A DNA stretch of 64,000 nt from an uncultured delta proteobacterium (GTDB lineage: Bacteria; Desulfobacterota; WTBG01), in contig CAWCBP010000001.1 of the NCBI GenBank assembly GCA_963793865.1, positions 288,001 through 352,000 of the forward strand, in the 5' to 3' direction. A program made the position numbers and the translations under genes. The notes below the pieces were generated by a model, which saw nothing but the letters and a program-made list of their open reading frames with translations, was not told the origin of the DNA and ran no database searches. Position 1 is the stretch's first letter; every line of letters begins with the position of its first letter. Shown here piece by piece: positions 37,485 through 47,757 of the stretch.

Positions 37485-39006
37485 TCAGGCGTGATTGGGG
37501 AGTGAAAAATAGAAAACCGCCCCCTCATGTTCCTTCCCTTCCGCCCAGACCCGGCCGCCGTGCCGGTTAATTATGCGCTGAACGATGGCGAGCCCCACGC
37601 CGGTACCCTCATATTCTTCTTCACTGTGCAGCCGGTTAAAGACACCAAAAAGTTTTCCATAGCTTTTCATGTTGAACCCGGCCCCGTTGTCCCGAACAAA
37701 GTAAACATTTTCAGAGTTTTTTGCAGTTCCGCCAATAGAAATTAATGAGACTTCGTTCTTTTGGGTAAACTTGATGGCATTGGTCAGCAGGTTCATCATG
37801 ACCTGCCGGATGAGCCGTATATCGCCATAAGCGGGCGGGAGGGGTTCGGTAGTAAGTTTTATTCTGCGGCTGGGACTGATCTGCTGAAGGCTCTGCCATA
37901 CTTCACCGGCCAGCTGCGACATATCAATGGTGGCAAAGGAAATGGACTCGCGACCCACGTGGGATAACGCGAGCAGGCCGTCAAGGAGCTGCCCCATTTT
38001 CTGCACATTGTCCCTGATTACACCGATCAAATCCATTTCATCACGGTTGAGTCTTTCACCTGTTTTTTTGAGCAGAATCTTGGAAAATCCATCGATGGCC
38101 CTCAGAGGGGCGCGAAGGTCATGGGAGACGGAATAGGCGAAGGAATCCAAATCCTTGTTGGCGGCTTCCAGTTTTGCCGATTGCTGTTTCACCTGGTCAT
38201 CAAGTGCCCTGTGGGCTGACTTGAGTTCGCCTTCCGCTCTCTTTAGGACGGTGACATCGCGTGCCGCGGCAAAAACACCTTTCACCTCACCCGTTTCATC
38301 CGCATAGGTTGATGCATTGTAAATGACATCTGTGATCCGGCCTGATATATGGCGCAGCGCAAGCGGATAGTTTTTAACGGAACCATGCATGAAAGCCTGC
38401 TCATAGCCCTCCCGTGCTTTTTCGGGTTCGGTAAAGTAATCGGCGAAATCGGTACCGATGAGGCGATCGCGGCTAATGCCGGTAACCTCCTCGGTGGCCC
38501 GATTAACGTCCATGACCTTCCCGTCAGTGCTGATGGTAACCAGCGGGTCAAGGCTGGCTTCAATAAGGCTCCGGGCATACAGCGATGCGGAACGAACCTC
38601 CGCTTCAGCCTTTTTACGCGCTTTATGCTCCCTGACTTCCTCCATGGCCCTCCGGACAGCTACCGGAAGCTTGGCGAGCCGGTTCTTCATCACGAAATCA
38701 ACGGCCCCATTGGTCAGGATATCGATTGCGCGGTCTTCCGTCACGGCGCCGGTAACCAGAATGAAGGGCACATCCGGACAGTGCCGCTTCGCATCGCTCA
38801 GCGCGGATTGGCCGGTGTAGAGCGGGAGATCATAATCCGAGAGGATAAGATCAGGTGAAAAAGACTGAAGCTCACTGGATAAAATCCTTTTCAGTCATCA
38901 CCACTTTGGCGGTAAAGAGGATGCCTGCCTCCTCCAGTTCAAACTGCATGAGTTTCGCGTCAGCAGGATTATTTTCCAGGATGAGGATGCGGAGCGGTTT
39001 CTTCAT
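37485..39006 (-). CDS. Receiver-PAS-histidine kinase, +1 frameshift near 38874 (pseudogene or error)
   Basis: LRILILEN..ADA receiver start, then PDLILSDY in the shifted frame, a PAS domain, FAYSVSHDLRAPL H-box, NAIKF, DNGAGF, GTGVGLAIV. Confidence 0.85.
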
Positions 39007-39147
39007 CGCGGCCCCTTGCATGCCTTTGTTTAATTGCTGCCGTTCGTGTTCAGAATGCTTGGCGGGCGGCTCATTAGCCAATCTCTTATTAATTTTAAAC
39101 TACCAAATCAGGAAGATCATTTCAAGGTGTCCGCGGGAATAATTGAA

Positions 39148-39373
39148 GGGGACAGGGTGCAAGGTGCAGGAGTATAACGTTACGGATTGCGTGTTGCAGG
39201 TAACTGGCAGGAGATTTCTCATTGTAGGGGCAGGCCCCTGTGCCTGCCCGATATATCAGGGCATGCCCCTACAATTTGTTGTTTTCTTCGTGCCCTTCGT
39301 GCCTTTTCCTTCGAGTGCTTCGTGGTTACGGTTTTGATTTGATGCAGGCGGTAGGCGCAGGCTTCAGCCTGCG
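39148..39373. repeat. Intergenic repeat mosaic: 7-mer run, GTAG REP pair (39222-39274), CTTCGTG repeats, GTAG-GCGCAGGCTTCAGCCTGCG REP (39351-39373)
   Basis: Palindromes and short tandem units read directly from the sequence. Confidence 0.6.
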
Positions 39374-40086
39374 GACATTTTGCTTAGAGATAATCCGGCA
39401 AGATACGACATGGTTTTTGGGCAGGGGCATGCCCCTGAAGTATTTCTCTGGAGCAGTGCCATTACGTCAGATAACGTATCAACATCACTCCACGGAGGCA
39501 GCAGGTGAACACTGCATGCTGACTTTTGTAGCCTGTCCAGTGTGCTTCTCAGGACCGTTTTCCCTCCCCACCTGATTTTATCAAACACTGCCCGGACGCA
39601 TGTGTCACGCCTGAACCCGATTAAATAATAACCGCCATCACGCGCGGGCCCGACAGTACCGTCATTTGTTTCAAGCGCCCTGAAGGCATCTGTTACCAGG
39701 AAGCGGGGAAGGTCAGGGATATCGCTGCCGATGAGAATGGCCCGCTCATATCCCATGCTGAATGCCTTGATGAAACTGTTTTTCATTCTTTCACCCAGGT
39801 CGTTTCCCTCCTGGGGAAGGTAGTCATAGCCTGCTCCCAGCCACTCCCTCATATTTCCCATCATGCTTTGAGGATAGACACAGATGAGGCACTGTGCTGC
39901 ATCTGTCGTAAGAGTGGAGAGCATGTCCAGAACAAAATTCTTATACAGCTCGAGGACAATGGCGTCATCCAGTTCCGCGGCGAGGCGACTTTTCACCCTT
40001 CCTCGAACAGGATCCTTCACAAAAAAGAGTATGCAATTTTTTGATGAATCATGCATGGTCTTCATTTCTGCCTGTGGCCGAACCAT
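39364..40086 (-). CDS. TIGR04282/DUF2064-family glycosyltransferase-like protein
   Basis: FVKDP..GRVKSRL, QEG.DLGERM, IGSDIP, GPA.DGGYYLIG, DVDT. Confidence 0.87.
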   Translation of the reverse strand: MVRPQAEMKTMHDSSKNCILFFVKDPVRGRVKSRLAAELDDAIVLELYKNFVLDMLSTLTTDAAQCLICVYPQSMMGNMREWLGAGYDYLPQEGNDLGERMKNSFIKAFSMGYERAILIGSDIPDLPRFLVTDAFRALETNDGTVGPARDGGYYLIGFRRDTCVRAVFDKIRWGGKTVLRSTLDRLQKSACSVHLLPPWSDVDTLSDVMALLQRNTSGACPCPKTMSYLAGLSLSKMSAG

Positions 40087-40812
40087 TCAGCGGTGCTGAC
40101 CGGAAACAGTCCTGTTTCCTGCCAGCCGGCGAAGGGAAAAGACGGTGTACAGCATTTTAATCCCTGCTTTCATGCTTCCCGTAACAGTCCCGGTCACCTT
40201 TGATTTTCCGATTCGCTTTCGATAGCGAACCGGCAATTCAATAACCTTCAGGCCATGGATTATTGCCTTGACCTGCATTTCAACCGTCCAGCCGTAATTG
40301 AGGTCCTGCATGCCAAGCTGAGTAAGGGCATTATAGCTGATTGCCCTGAACGGCCCCAGATCGGTAAAACGGTAGCCGTAGATGGCATTGATCAGCCAGG
40401 TGGTCAGCCTGTTTCCCCAGTAGGAATGAGGAGGAAGCACTTTCCCTGACGCCGCCCCCGCTATCCTTGATCCTATGACAAGGTCGGATTCACCTTTGAG
40501 AATCGGGGTAATGATCTGTTCCATCTCTTCCGGATAGTCACTGTAGTCCCCGTCCATAAACACCATGATGTCGGGATTGTTTGCTGACGCAATGCCTTTC
40601 AGGCAGGCGGCACCATATCCACGGCGATCTTCACGTACCACCCGCGCCCCTGCGCCGCGGGCGACTTCCGCGGTCCGGTCGGTCGACCCGTTATCGACGA
40701 CGATAATTTCGGTCACGAGATGAGCGGGGATATTCCTTATGACCGGACCGATGGAATCCTGTTCATTGAGGGCGGGGATGATGACGGAAACACGTTTTTG
40801 GTCACTGCTCAT
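40087..40812 (-). CDS. GT2 glycosyltransferase (polyprenol-phosphate mannose synthase-like)
   Basis: IIPALNE, VVDNGSTD, RGYGAAC, FMDGDYSD, TDLGPFRAI, YGWTVEMQ. Confidence 0.9.
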   Translation of the reverse strand: MSSDQKRVSVIIPALNEQDSIGPVIRNIPAHLVTEIIVVDNGSTDRTAEVARGAGARVVREDRRGYGAACLKGIASANNPDIMVFMDGDYSDYPEEMEQIITPILKGESDLVIGSRIAGAASGKVLPPHSYWGNRLTTWLINAIYGYRFTDLGPFRAISYNALTQLGMQDLNYGWTVEMQVKAIIHGLKVIELPVRYRKRIGKSKVTGTVTGSMKAGIKMLYTVFSLRRLAGNRTVSGQHR

Positions 40813-42193
40813 GTGCTTTTCGCGAGGGATGGGGGCGAAAAAGTGATCTGCCAGTTTCGCCGTCCGGGAAAAGGACGCCCGGTGACAGCCTGGCGCGGCA
40901 GCTGTGCGCCGCATCATAGAGGAGCAGGGTGTAGAAAGGCAGGTACTCGACGAGCTTTACCGCGGTATTTTCCTCCCACACGCCTGTTTCCACATATCCT
41001 TTTAAGATCATATAGGACAGGAAAACTGAGCCGGTGAAATATATCCACGCCCGGTTCGGGAAAATGACTAGGAATGGGACAATCCAGCAGAGATACCAGG
41101 GATGAAGCGTGGGGCTGAGCAGCAAAAAGCAGCCCAGGACTACGAAACCAACATAATAGATTAATTCCTTCTGCTCATCACCTTTCTTCTGCGCATAATG
41201 AAAAAAGAGCATGATTACGAGGAGCAGAAATGCCAGAGCCGATATCCCACGCGCGGTTAAGGGCGAAACGCCCATCCATAAGATTAATTCATAAAGCGAT
41301 GCGTTGAAGACCCAGTGCTCAGAGTATGCCAGCAGAGAAGCAAACAATTGCCTCCCGGCATCTAAAAAGGGAAGGTAGAGGATAATGCCGGCGGCGACAA
41401 AGATGGAAAGGGTGATCAACTTTCTCCGTGCGAGCAGGAAGGGCAGGAAGATCAAGGGGCTGAATTTGATCAGAAACGAGAGGGCAAGGGCGAGCGCTGG
41501 AGACCAGCTCCGTTTCCTGGTGAACAAGTAGAGCGCCAGCATGAGGAAGAATATCCCCGCGCTGTCAAGGTGACCGCTTCCGGCGAATTCCATTATCACC
41601 AGCGGATTCCATGCGTAGATGATGATCGTTGTCGGATCCCGCTGCCGTTCGCGCAGGATCAATATGAGGAGTCCGATGGTGAGCAGATCGAATAGGAGAA
41701 ATGTCATGTTCATGGCACTGATGGTTGGACTGATGATCGTGCTCAGGGCAAAAATAAATTGATTGAGCGGGGGATAAATGGCGGGGTATTCATTGTGATT
41801 AATATGAGGGAAGACTGCGGAGTCTTGAAGGTGTGCAAGTGCGGGATCGGAGGGCGCCTGGGAAAAGGGATTGATACCGGCAGCAACCAGTTTCCCTTCC
41901 CAGAGATAGCGGTAGATATCATCGGAAAGTGAAGGGGTGCTTACCCACATGCAAAGGCGGAAGCAGATGGCCAGGCACAGGATGATAAGCAGGGCAGACT
42001 TGCTCTTTTGCATGGCATGGTGATTTGTGCGCACGAGAACAAGCGCCGTGCCATACAGAAGGAAGGCGGTGAAGAAACCAATCTCGCAGGCAATGATATT
42101 TATTCTCAAATCACCGAGGGAGGCTACATAGAGATAACACATCAGTTGCCCCGTTCCCAGTGCAAGCAAACTTCCCATCCGCGTGCCTTTCAA
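40802..42193 (-). CDS. GT87/DUF2029-like membrane glycosyltransferase
   Basis: LSDDIYRYLWEG, IYPPLNQ, YAWNPL...EFAGSGH.D, PTLHPWY; multi-TM. Confidence 0.82.
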   Translation of the reverse strand: MKGTRMGSLLALGTGQLMCYLYVASLGDLRINIIACEIGFFTAFLLYGTALVLVRTNHHAMQKSKSALLIILCLAICFRLCMWVSTPSLSDDIYRYLWEGKLVAAGINPFSQAPSDPALAHLQDSAVFPHINHNEYPAIYPPLNQFIFALSTIISPTISAMNMTFLLFDLLTIGLLILILRERQRDPTTIIIYAWNPLVIMEFAGSGHLDSAGIFFLMLALYLFTRKRSWSPALALALSFLIKFSPLIFLPFLLARRKLITLSIFVAAGIILYLPFLDAGRQLFASLLAYSEHWVFNASLYELILWMGVSPLTARGISALAFLLLVIMLFFHYAQKKGDEQKELIYYVGFVVLGCFLLLSPTLHPWYLCWIVPFLVIFPNRAWIYFTGSVFLSYMILKGYVETGVWEENTAVKLVEYLPFYTLLLYDAAHSCRARLSPGVLFPDGETGRSLFRPHPSRKAHEQ

Positions 42194-42400
42194 CGCCGTT
42201 TTCCATTCATATAGCTTTATATTGGCAGATTGTGACCGCTGCTGTCCAATTGATTATACCTATGCCGGGGCTGATATGCATGGAGATTATCAATTGGACT
42301 GAAAGAATAGTTCCCTATAATCTGTACAATGCCATGATGAGGTGCTTTCATCACAGGCCTTATCTTTGATTAATCACAAACAGGAGAGAGGAGAAAGGAT

Positions 42401-44242
42401 ATGGCAGGGACTTCGGGTAGAAAGTTGGCGCGAGTGTTTGTATTGTTTTGCTTTGCTATGAGCCTTTGTTTTGTACAGGGGTGCATGTACGCAGACCCCT
42501 TCATCGCATTGCTGATATCCGGGGCTGAGCTTGAGGCCAACCTGGGCAAAGCCGGACTGGTGGTAATAGATGCACGGTCCGCGGGATACGAAGCTGGCCA
42601 CATTCCCGGCGCCATAAGCCTCAAGTGGAGCGATTATGTGGATGCATCCAAAAATCTCAAGCCGGTTGCCGACCTGGAGGCGCAACTGGGAGCGGCAGGG
42701 CTCAGCAGCGACATGGTGTTTGTTATCTATGACGATACGACTGCGTCCTGGGGCGCTGTTGGCCGCGTCTTCTGGATGCTCGAGTATCTGGGATGCGGCA
42801 AGGTGCACGTTTTGAACGGCGGCTGGGACAAATGGAGCGCCGATGGCAGGGCGAGCGAGACGGAGAGTAACACGCTTCGTGCAGCACGCTTCGCGGCGGA
42901 TGTGCAGGATGACGCGCTTATGACCAAGGATCGCCTGGCAGACCGGCTGGGGGATGACGACTTTGTGGTCATCGATTCCCGCACCGATGAAGAGTTCAAC
43001 GGCTGGACCCTTTACGGAGAGGCACGGGGCGGGCACATTCCCGGCGCCGTTCAGCTTCCTTATGCAGGATTTTTTAAGGAAGACAAGACCATTCTGGACT
43101 ACGATGATCTTAAGGAGCTTTTTGAATCATACGGCATAACCAGTGACAAGGAGGTAACCGCGTACGATACATACGGCACCCGCAGCGGCTGCATCTACTT
43201 TGTGCTACGAACCCTGGGCTATCCCCGGGTTTCGAACTACGACGGCTCCATAGCGGAATGGAGCGCTGACAGCTCTCTTCCCATGGAAAAGATGAAGAAT
43301 TATCAGGGACTGGTTTATCCGGAGTGGGTTGATGAGCTGATAAAGGGTGAAAACCCGCCGACATATTCCGGAAACGGGTATGTCATTCTGTATACGTCCT
43401 ATGAGCCGCGATATTCAGAAAACCGGACAGACTACGTGGGAACGGTTTATGAAACCGGACATATCCCAGGCGCCATTTTTGTGGATGTTTATTCTTTCGA
43501 AAACGGTCCAAATTCAGAGTATGGAGAGGGATATGAATATCCTGAAGAAGCAAACGTAAAACCCATCCCCGAACTCCAGGAGTTTCTTGGCAATCTGGGC
43601 ATATCCAAAGACATGACCGTCGTGGTGTATGCCAATGATGATATTACCATGATGACCGCCGGACGCACCGCATGGGCATTGCTGCTTGCCGGAGTTGATG
43701 TGCGGCTTCTGAACGGCAACTATGCAGGCTGGGTTGATTACGGCGGCGATATCGAAACCACACCGAACGCATTAGCGCCGGTAGATTTCGGCGATGACCC
43801 GGGCAATCCGCAGTATCTGGGGACGACGGATGATGTGCTGGCAGTGGCCAATGGCATCAATACCAATGCGGTCATTGCGGATGACCGCTCCTGGGAAGAA
43901 TTTATCGGTGATTCCAACTCCTACTATCAGTACTTTAATGAGCTGGGGCGAATAAAAACGGCCCGCTGGATTGGAGATTGGTGGGAACTGGCGAGAGAAG
44001 ATTTTCAATCCTTGAAGACCTATACCGAGGTTGAAAAAGATTGGATTGACGCCGGATTTACACGTGACAAACAGATGTATTTCTATTGCGGAACAGGATG
44101 GCGATCCGGTTTATATACGTTTTATGCTTACCTGATGGGCTGGACTGCCGCCAACTACGATGGCGGATGGTTTGAATGGTCATATTATGATGAAAACCCC
44201 AGGGAGACCGGCATACCATCAGCCGCAGCAGGATTGCCCTGA
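42401..44242 (+). CDS. Exported four-domain rhodanese/sulfurtransferase (YnjE-like)
   Basis: Repeated GHIPGA motifs; C-terminal catalytic FYCGTGWRS and YDGGWFEW; signal peptide. Confidence 0.87.
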   Translation: MAGTSGRKLARVFVLFCFAMSLCFVQGCMYADPFIALLISGAELEANLGKAGLVVIDARSAGYEAGHIPGAISLKWSDYVDASKNLKPVADLEAQLGAAGLSSDMVFVIYDDTTASWGAVGRVFWMLEYLGCGKVHVLNGGWDKWSADGRASETESNTLRAARFAADVQDDALMTKDRLADRLGDDDFVVIDSRTDEEFNGWTLYGEARGGHIPGAVQLPYAGFFKEDKTILDYDDLKELFESYGITSDKEVTAYDTYGTRSGCIYFVLRTLGYPRVSNYDGSIAEWSADSSLPMEKMKNYQGLVYPEWVDELIKGENPPTYSGNGYVILYTSYEPRYSENRTDYVGTVYETGHIPGAIFVDVYSFENGPNSEYGEGYEYPEEANVKPIPELQEFLGNLGISKDMTVVVYANDDITMMTAGRTAWALLLAGVDVRLLNGNYAGWVDYGGDIETTPNALAPVDFGDDPGNPQYLGTTDDVLAVANGINTNAVIADDRSWEEFIGDSNSYYQYFNELGRIKTARWIGDWWELAREDFQSLKTYTEVEKDWIDAGFTRDKQMYFYCGTGWRSGLYTFYAYLMGWTAANYDGGWFEWSYYDENPRETGIPSAAAGLP

Positions 44243-44466
44243 ATCAGGGGTGTGGTGGGTTTATCTAAAGGAAGGATGGTGATGATAAGAAACCAGGATA
44301 CCGCTCCGGAGAGCGGTATCTTGCTTCTATTAAAGCGCCGTTTGATTTTTCCGTAGAAGCGCATTCATGCGCGATCAGATCGCTGCTTAAAGCCATTCCT
44401 ACCGGCAGTAGACATACGCTGAGCAATATTTTCAGCGCAACAGGCCATAACCTTTGGGAGATTCCA

Positions 44467-44931
44467 GTGAATACCACTCAGTTGAAGAAGGCATTGTGTT
44501 CTGTATTGGTAATCGGCTCTCTATTGATCCTCTCTTATGGGGTAGGCCGGGCTGAAACAGTGGACGGGTTATTCAATGTTCGTGTGGTGCTGCCCGGAGC
44601 AACGGACGTGATCGACGTGGTCCAGACTGCCTCCTTTCCCCTATGTCCCCAGTTCTTCATCCTTCTAGGGGGAACCGGAAGCCTCGGCATTTCGCTTAAA
44701 AATGACGCCTCAGATTCGAAGGAACTCATTTTTATGCTCGGGCTCGCATCTTCGTCAGCCGGAAACTTCCCCATCTATCGACTTGGCGCATCCGAAGGCA
44801 TGATCAGCCAGATTGTGGAGGTGGGCAGCAACAACGCTCCCTATGGATTTGTCTGGCTATACTGCGGCGTGTCGCAGGCGGACAAAGGTCCGGTGTACTT
44901 ATACGAGCTGAGACTGTCGTTTGTGCCGTGA
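44467..44931 (+). CDS. Exported hypothetical protein
   Basis: GGGAG RBS, GTG start, signal peptide. Confidence 0.6.
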   Translation: MNTTQLKKALCSVLVIGSLLILSYGVGRAETVDGLFNVRVVLPGATDVIDVVQTASFPLCPQFFILLGGTGSLGISLKNDASDSKELIFMLGLASSSAGNFPIYRLGASEGMISQIVEVGSNNAPYGFVWLYCGVSQADKGPVYLYELRLSFVP

Positions 44932-44941
44932 GGGAAATGTA

Positions 44942-44978
44942 AGAAGTCAGGAGTCAGAAGTCAGCATTCAGCATTCAG
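44942..44978. repeat. Degenerate heptamer tandem repeat (AGaAGTC/AGCATTC)
   Basis: agaagtc aggagtc agaagtc agcattc agcattc. Confidence 0.6.
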
Positions 44979-45052
44979 AGGGAAGGGCTAAGAGGTTGAA
45001 CGATGCTTTCTGAACGTTTTATTCCTGTATCTTGCATCCTATTGTTGAAGCC

Positions 45053-46006
45053 ATGAAAAGACCCTGTACTATTATCGTGCTTATGGCTTATGCTAGTTTA
45101 TCGGCTTCCTCCGCCTGGGCGGGGGCGTGGTGCATGCAGGAGGGGGCTTTTTACAGCAAGCTCTCGTACAACTATTACTTCACGGTGGATACCTTTGACG
45201 ATGACGGCCACAAACACAGAAATCCCAACGGCTCCAGCTTCCGGGATGAAAATATAACCTGGTATAACGAATACGGGCTCTTCGACAACTTCACCATTTT
45301 CGCTTCCGTTCCGTACAAAATGCTCTATTCCAGGGTCAAAAGCATTGAGAAGACCGGGGATGCGAAACGGTTACAGAGCAGGAGCGAACGATATGACGGA
45401 TTGGGTGACCTTGATGTGGGCTTCAGGTACGGATTGCTGAAGGAACCGATGGTGCTTTCCCTGCAGTTCCTTACCAAGGCCGCGTGGTTTTACGATGGTG
45501 ATGAAGAGGTGCCCCCGGGAAACAACCAGAATGATTACGAGCTGAAAATGCTGCTCGGCAAATCCCTGTGGCCTTTCCCGGGCTATTGCGGCCTGGAACT
45601 GGGATACCGCTGGAGGACCAGCGCTCCATCTGATGAATACCGGTATCTCCTCGAGTTCGGTATGAACCCAACCAAAAAGTTCTCGTTTCGGGTGAAGCTC
45701 GACGGCATTGCCAGCGTCAAGAACGCAAGCCTTCCTGAGCAAAAGCCCGCGGTGAGCTCCTATATAGACTATGATACAGGACAGCTGATTAAAACAGCGT
45801 CTAAGCTTTCGGCAGACTCTGCGGCATTTGCCAACCCGTCGCTCGGCTATGAATATGACCTGGGCAAACTTGAGCTGACCTTGGGTTATCAGCAGAACAA
45901 GAACTGGTCGTTTGAATTTACCTACACCAATTATCCCTATGGCGAAAGCATCGCGGCAGGTGACCAGTACTCAATTGCACTGGTTTACTATTTTTCAAAG
46001 CAATAA
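45053..46006 (+). CDS. Probable outer-membrane beta-barrel protein
   Basis: Signal peptide ending AWA, YNEYGL, GLGDLDVG.RY, alternating aromatic strands, aromatic C-terminus. Confidence 0.65.
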   Translation: MKRPCTIIVLMAYASLSASSAWAGAWCMQEGAFYSKLSYNYYFTVDTFDDDGHKHRNPNGSSFRDENITWYNEYGLFDNFTIFASVPYKMLYSRVKSIEKTGDAKRLQSRSERYDGLGDLDVGFRYGLLKEPMVLSLQFLTKAAWFYDGDEEVPPGNNQNDYELKMLLGKSLWPFPGYCGLELGYRWRTSAPSDEYRYLLEFGMNPTKKFSFRVKLDGIASVKNASLPEQKPAVSSYIDYDTGQLIKTASKLSADSAAFANPSLGYEYDLGKLELTLGYQQNKNWSFEFTYTNYPYGESIAAGDQYSIALVYYFSKQ

Positions 46007-46037
46007 GCACGACCATCATGAATGAGGCAGTCTGCCC

Positions 46038-47597
46038 ATGATAGCTTATTACCTTGTCATTGCTGCGTACCTGGCCATTCTCTGCTTGCTGACGGTGTAC
46101 TGCATTCACCGTTATTACATTCTCTGCGCCTATTTCAAATATAAGAAGCACCCGTTTACCGCTGCGGATCAGCCCGCACGACTGCCCCTTGTCACCATTC
46201 AGCTCCCTCTCTATAACGAGATGTATGTTATCCGAAGACTGCTCCATGCCGTGGTCGGCCTCCGCTACCCGAAAGAGCTGCTCGAGATACAGGTGCTGGA
46301 CGATTCAACGGACGAAACTTCCACTATCGTCTACGATGACATCTGCAAGCTTAAGGAGGCGGGTTACGATATCAGCTATCTGCATCGCGCGCATCGCCGC
46401 GGGTTCAAGGCGGGAGCGCTGCAGGCCGGACTGGAAGGTGCGAAAGGAGAGCTCATTGCCATTTTCGATGCGGACTTTGTGCCCGAAGCAGATTTTCTCC
46501 TCAAGACGGTTCAGCAGTTTTCCAATGCGCAGGTGGGAATGGTGCAGACCAGATGGGGCCACATTAACCGGAGCTACTCACTGCTCACCCGGCTGCAATC
46601 AATTTTTCTCGATGCGCACTTTATCCTTGAGCACACGGTGCGAAACCGCTCGGGAAGGTTTTTCAATTTTAACGGGACTGCCGGCATCTGGAGAAAGGAA
46701 GCCATCCATGACGCAGGGGGATGGCAGCATGACACCCTGACCGAGGACCTGGATTTGAGTTACCGGGCGCAATTCAAGGGATGGAAGTTTGTGTTTCTTC
46801 CCGAAGTGGTAACACCGGCGGAAATCCCGGTGGACATGAATTCCTTCAAGACCCAGCAGCACCGCTGGGCAAAGGGGAGCATCGAGACTGCGCGAAAGCT
46901 CATGGGGGTTATTTTTAGCAGCAGCCAGCCTGTGAAAGTGAAAGCGGAGTCGTTCTATCACCTCACCGCCAATCTCAATTATCTCCTGGTGCTGCTTCTT
47001 TCCGTTCTCGCATACCCGGCGCTGGTCATCAGGATCAACATGGGGTGGCGGACCCTTTTGCTGTGCGATTTCATTTTCTTCCTGGGATCGACACTTCCTG
47101 TCGGGCTCTACTATCTCATTTCCCAGAAAGAGGTTAACGAGCCGTGGTTCGGTAAGATCTTCTACCTTCCGGCTCTCATGGCATTGGGTATCGGTCTTTG
47201 TGTTAATAATGGCAGGGCGGTCATAGAGGCCCTCGTGGGTCATAAAACCTCCTTTTTAAGGACACCAAAATTCAGAATAGAAGAAAAGTCAGACAGCTGG
47301 AAATGTAAAAAGTACCGGGCTTTCTCAAGGACCGGGTCTGTCCTGGTTGAACTGTCGCTGGGATGCTACTTTCTTTTTGCCATCGCTTTCGCGGCCCGCT
47401 TGAAGGTGTATGCTTCCCTGCCTTTTTTGATGATGTTTTGCTGGGGTTTTTTCTATGTCTCGGTTCTCTCGCTCTGCCAGGGATTACACGCAGCGAGGTG
47501 GAAAGATGAGTCTTTAAGTGATCATGGGAACTATTCAGAGGCGGGTGCTTCGGATCTCGCATTTTCTGATGCGAGGGTATCAAAAAAATGTTTTTAA
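46038..47597 (+). CDS. Processive GT2 glycosyltransferase (cellulose synthase-like, CslA type)
   Basis: VTIQLPLYNE, QVLDDSTD, GFKAGAL, IFDADF, TEDLDL, QQHRWAKG; C-terminal TMs. Confidence 0.9.
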   Translation: MIAYYLVIAAYLAILCLLTVYCIHRYYILCAYFKYKKHPFTAADQPARLPLVTIQLPLYNEMYVIRRLLHAVVGLRYPKELLEIQVLDDSTDETSTIVYDDICKLKEAGYDISYLHRAHRRGFKAGALQAGLEGAKGELIAIFDADFVPEADFLLKTVQQFSNAQVGMVQTRWGHINRSYSLLTRLQSIFLDAHFILEHTVRNRSGRFFNFNGTAGIWRKEAIHDAGGWQHDTLTEDLDLSYRAQFKGWKFVFLPEVVTPAEIPVDMNSFKTQQHRWAKGSIETARKLMGVIFSSSQPVKVKAESFYHLTANLNYLLVLLLSVLAYPALVIRINMGWRTLLLCDFIFFLGSTLPVGLYYLISQKEVNEPWFGKIFYLPALMALGIGLCVNNGRAVIEALVGHKTSFLRTPKFRIEEKSDSWKCKKYRAFSRTGSVLVELSLGCYFLFAIAFAARLKVYASLPFLMMFCWGFFYVSVLSLCQGLHAARWKDESLSDHGNYSEAGASDLAFSDARVSKKCF

Positions 47598-47614
47598 CAC
47601 AAAAATAAGGTCTC

Positions 47615-47644
47615 TGTAGGGGCGACCGGCCGGTCGCCCCTACA
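47615..47644. repeat. GTAG-type REP palindrome
   Basis: TGTAGGGGCGACCGGCCGGTCGCCCCTACA, a perfect palindrome. Confidence 0.88.
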
Positions 47645-47757
47645 TGTCAAGCATTACAGAGAGGGACGCGGTCCGTCGCGTCCGGATATTGTATGCGGCC
47701 ATGACAGAGCATGGCCCTCCAGGTACTTTGTCTCAACGGTTTAACAGGGAATCAACT

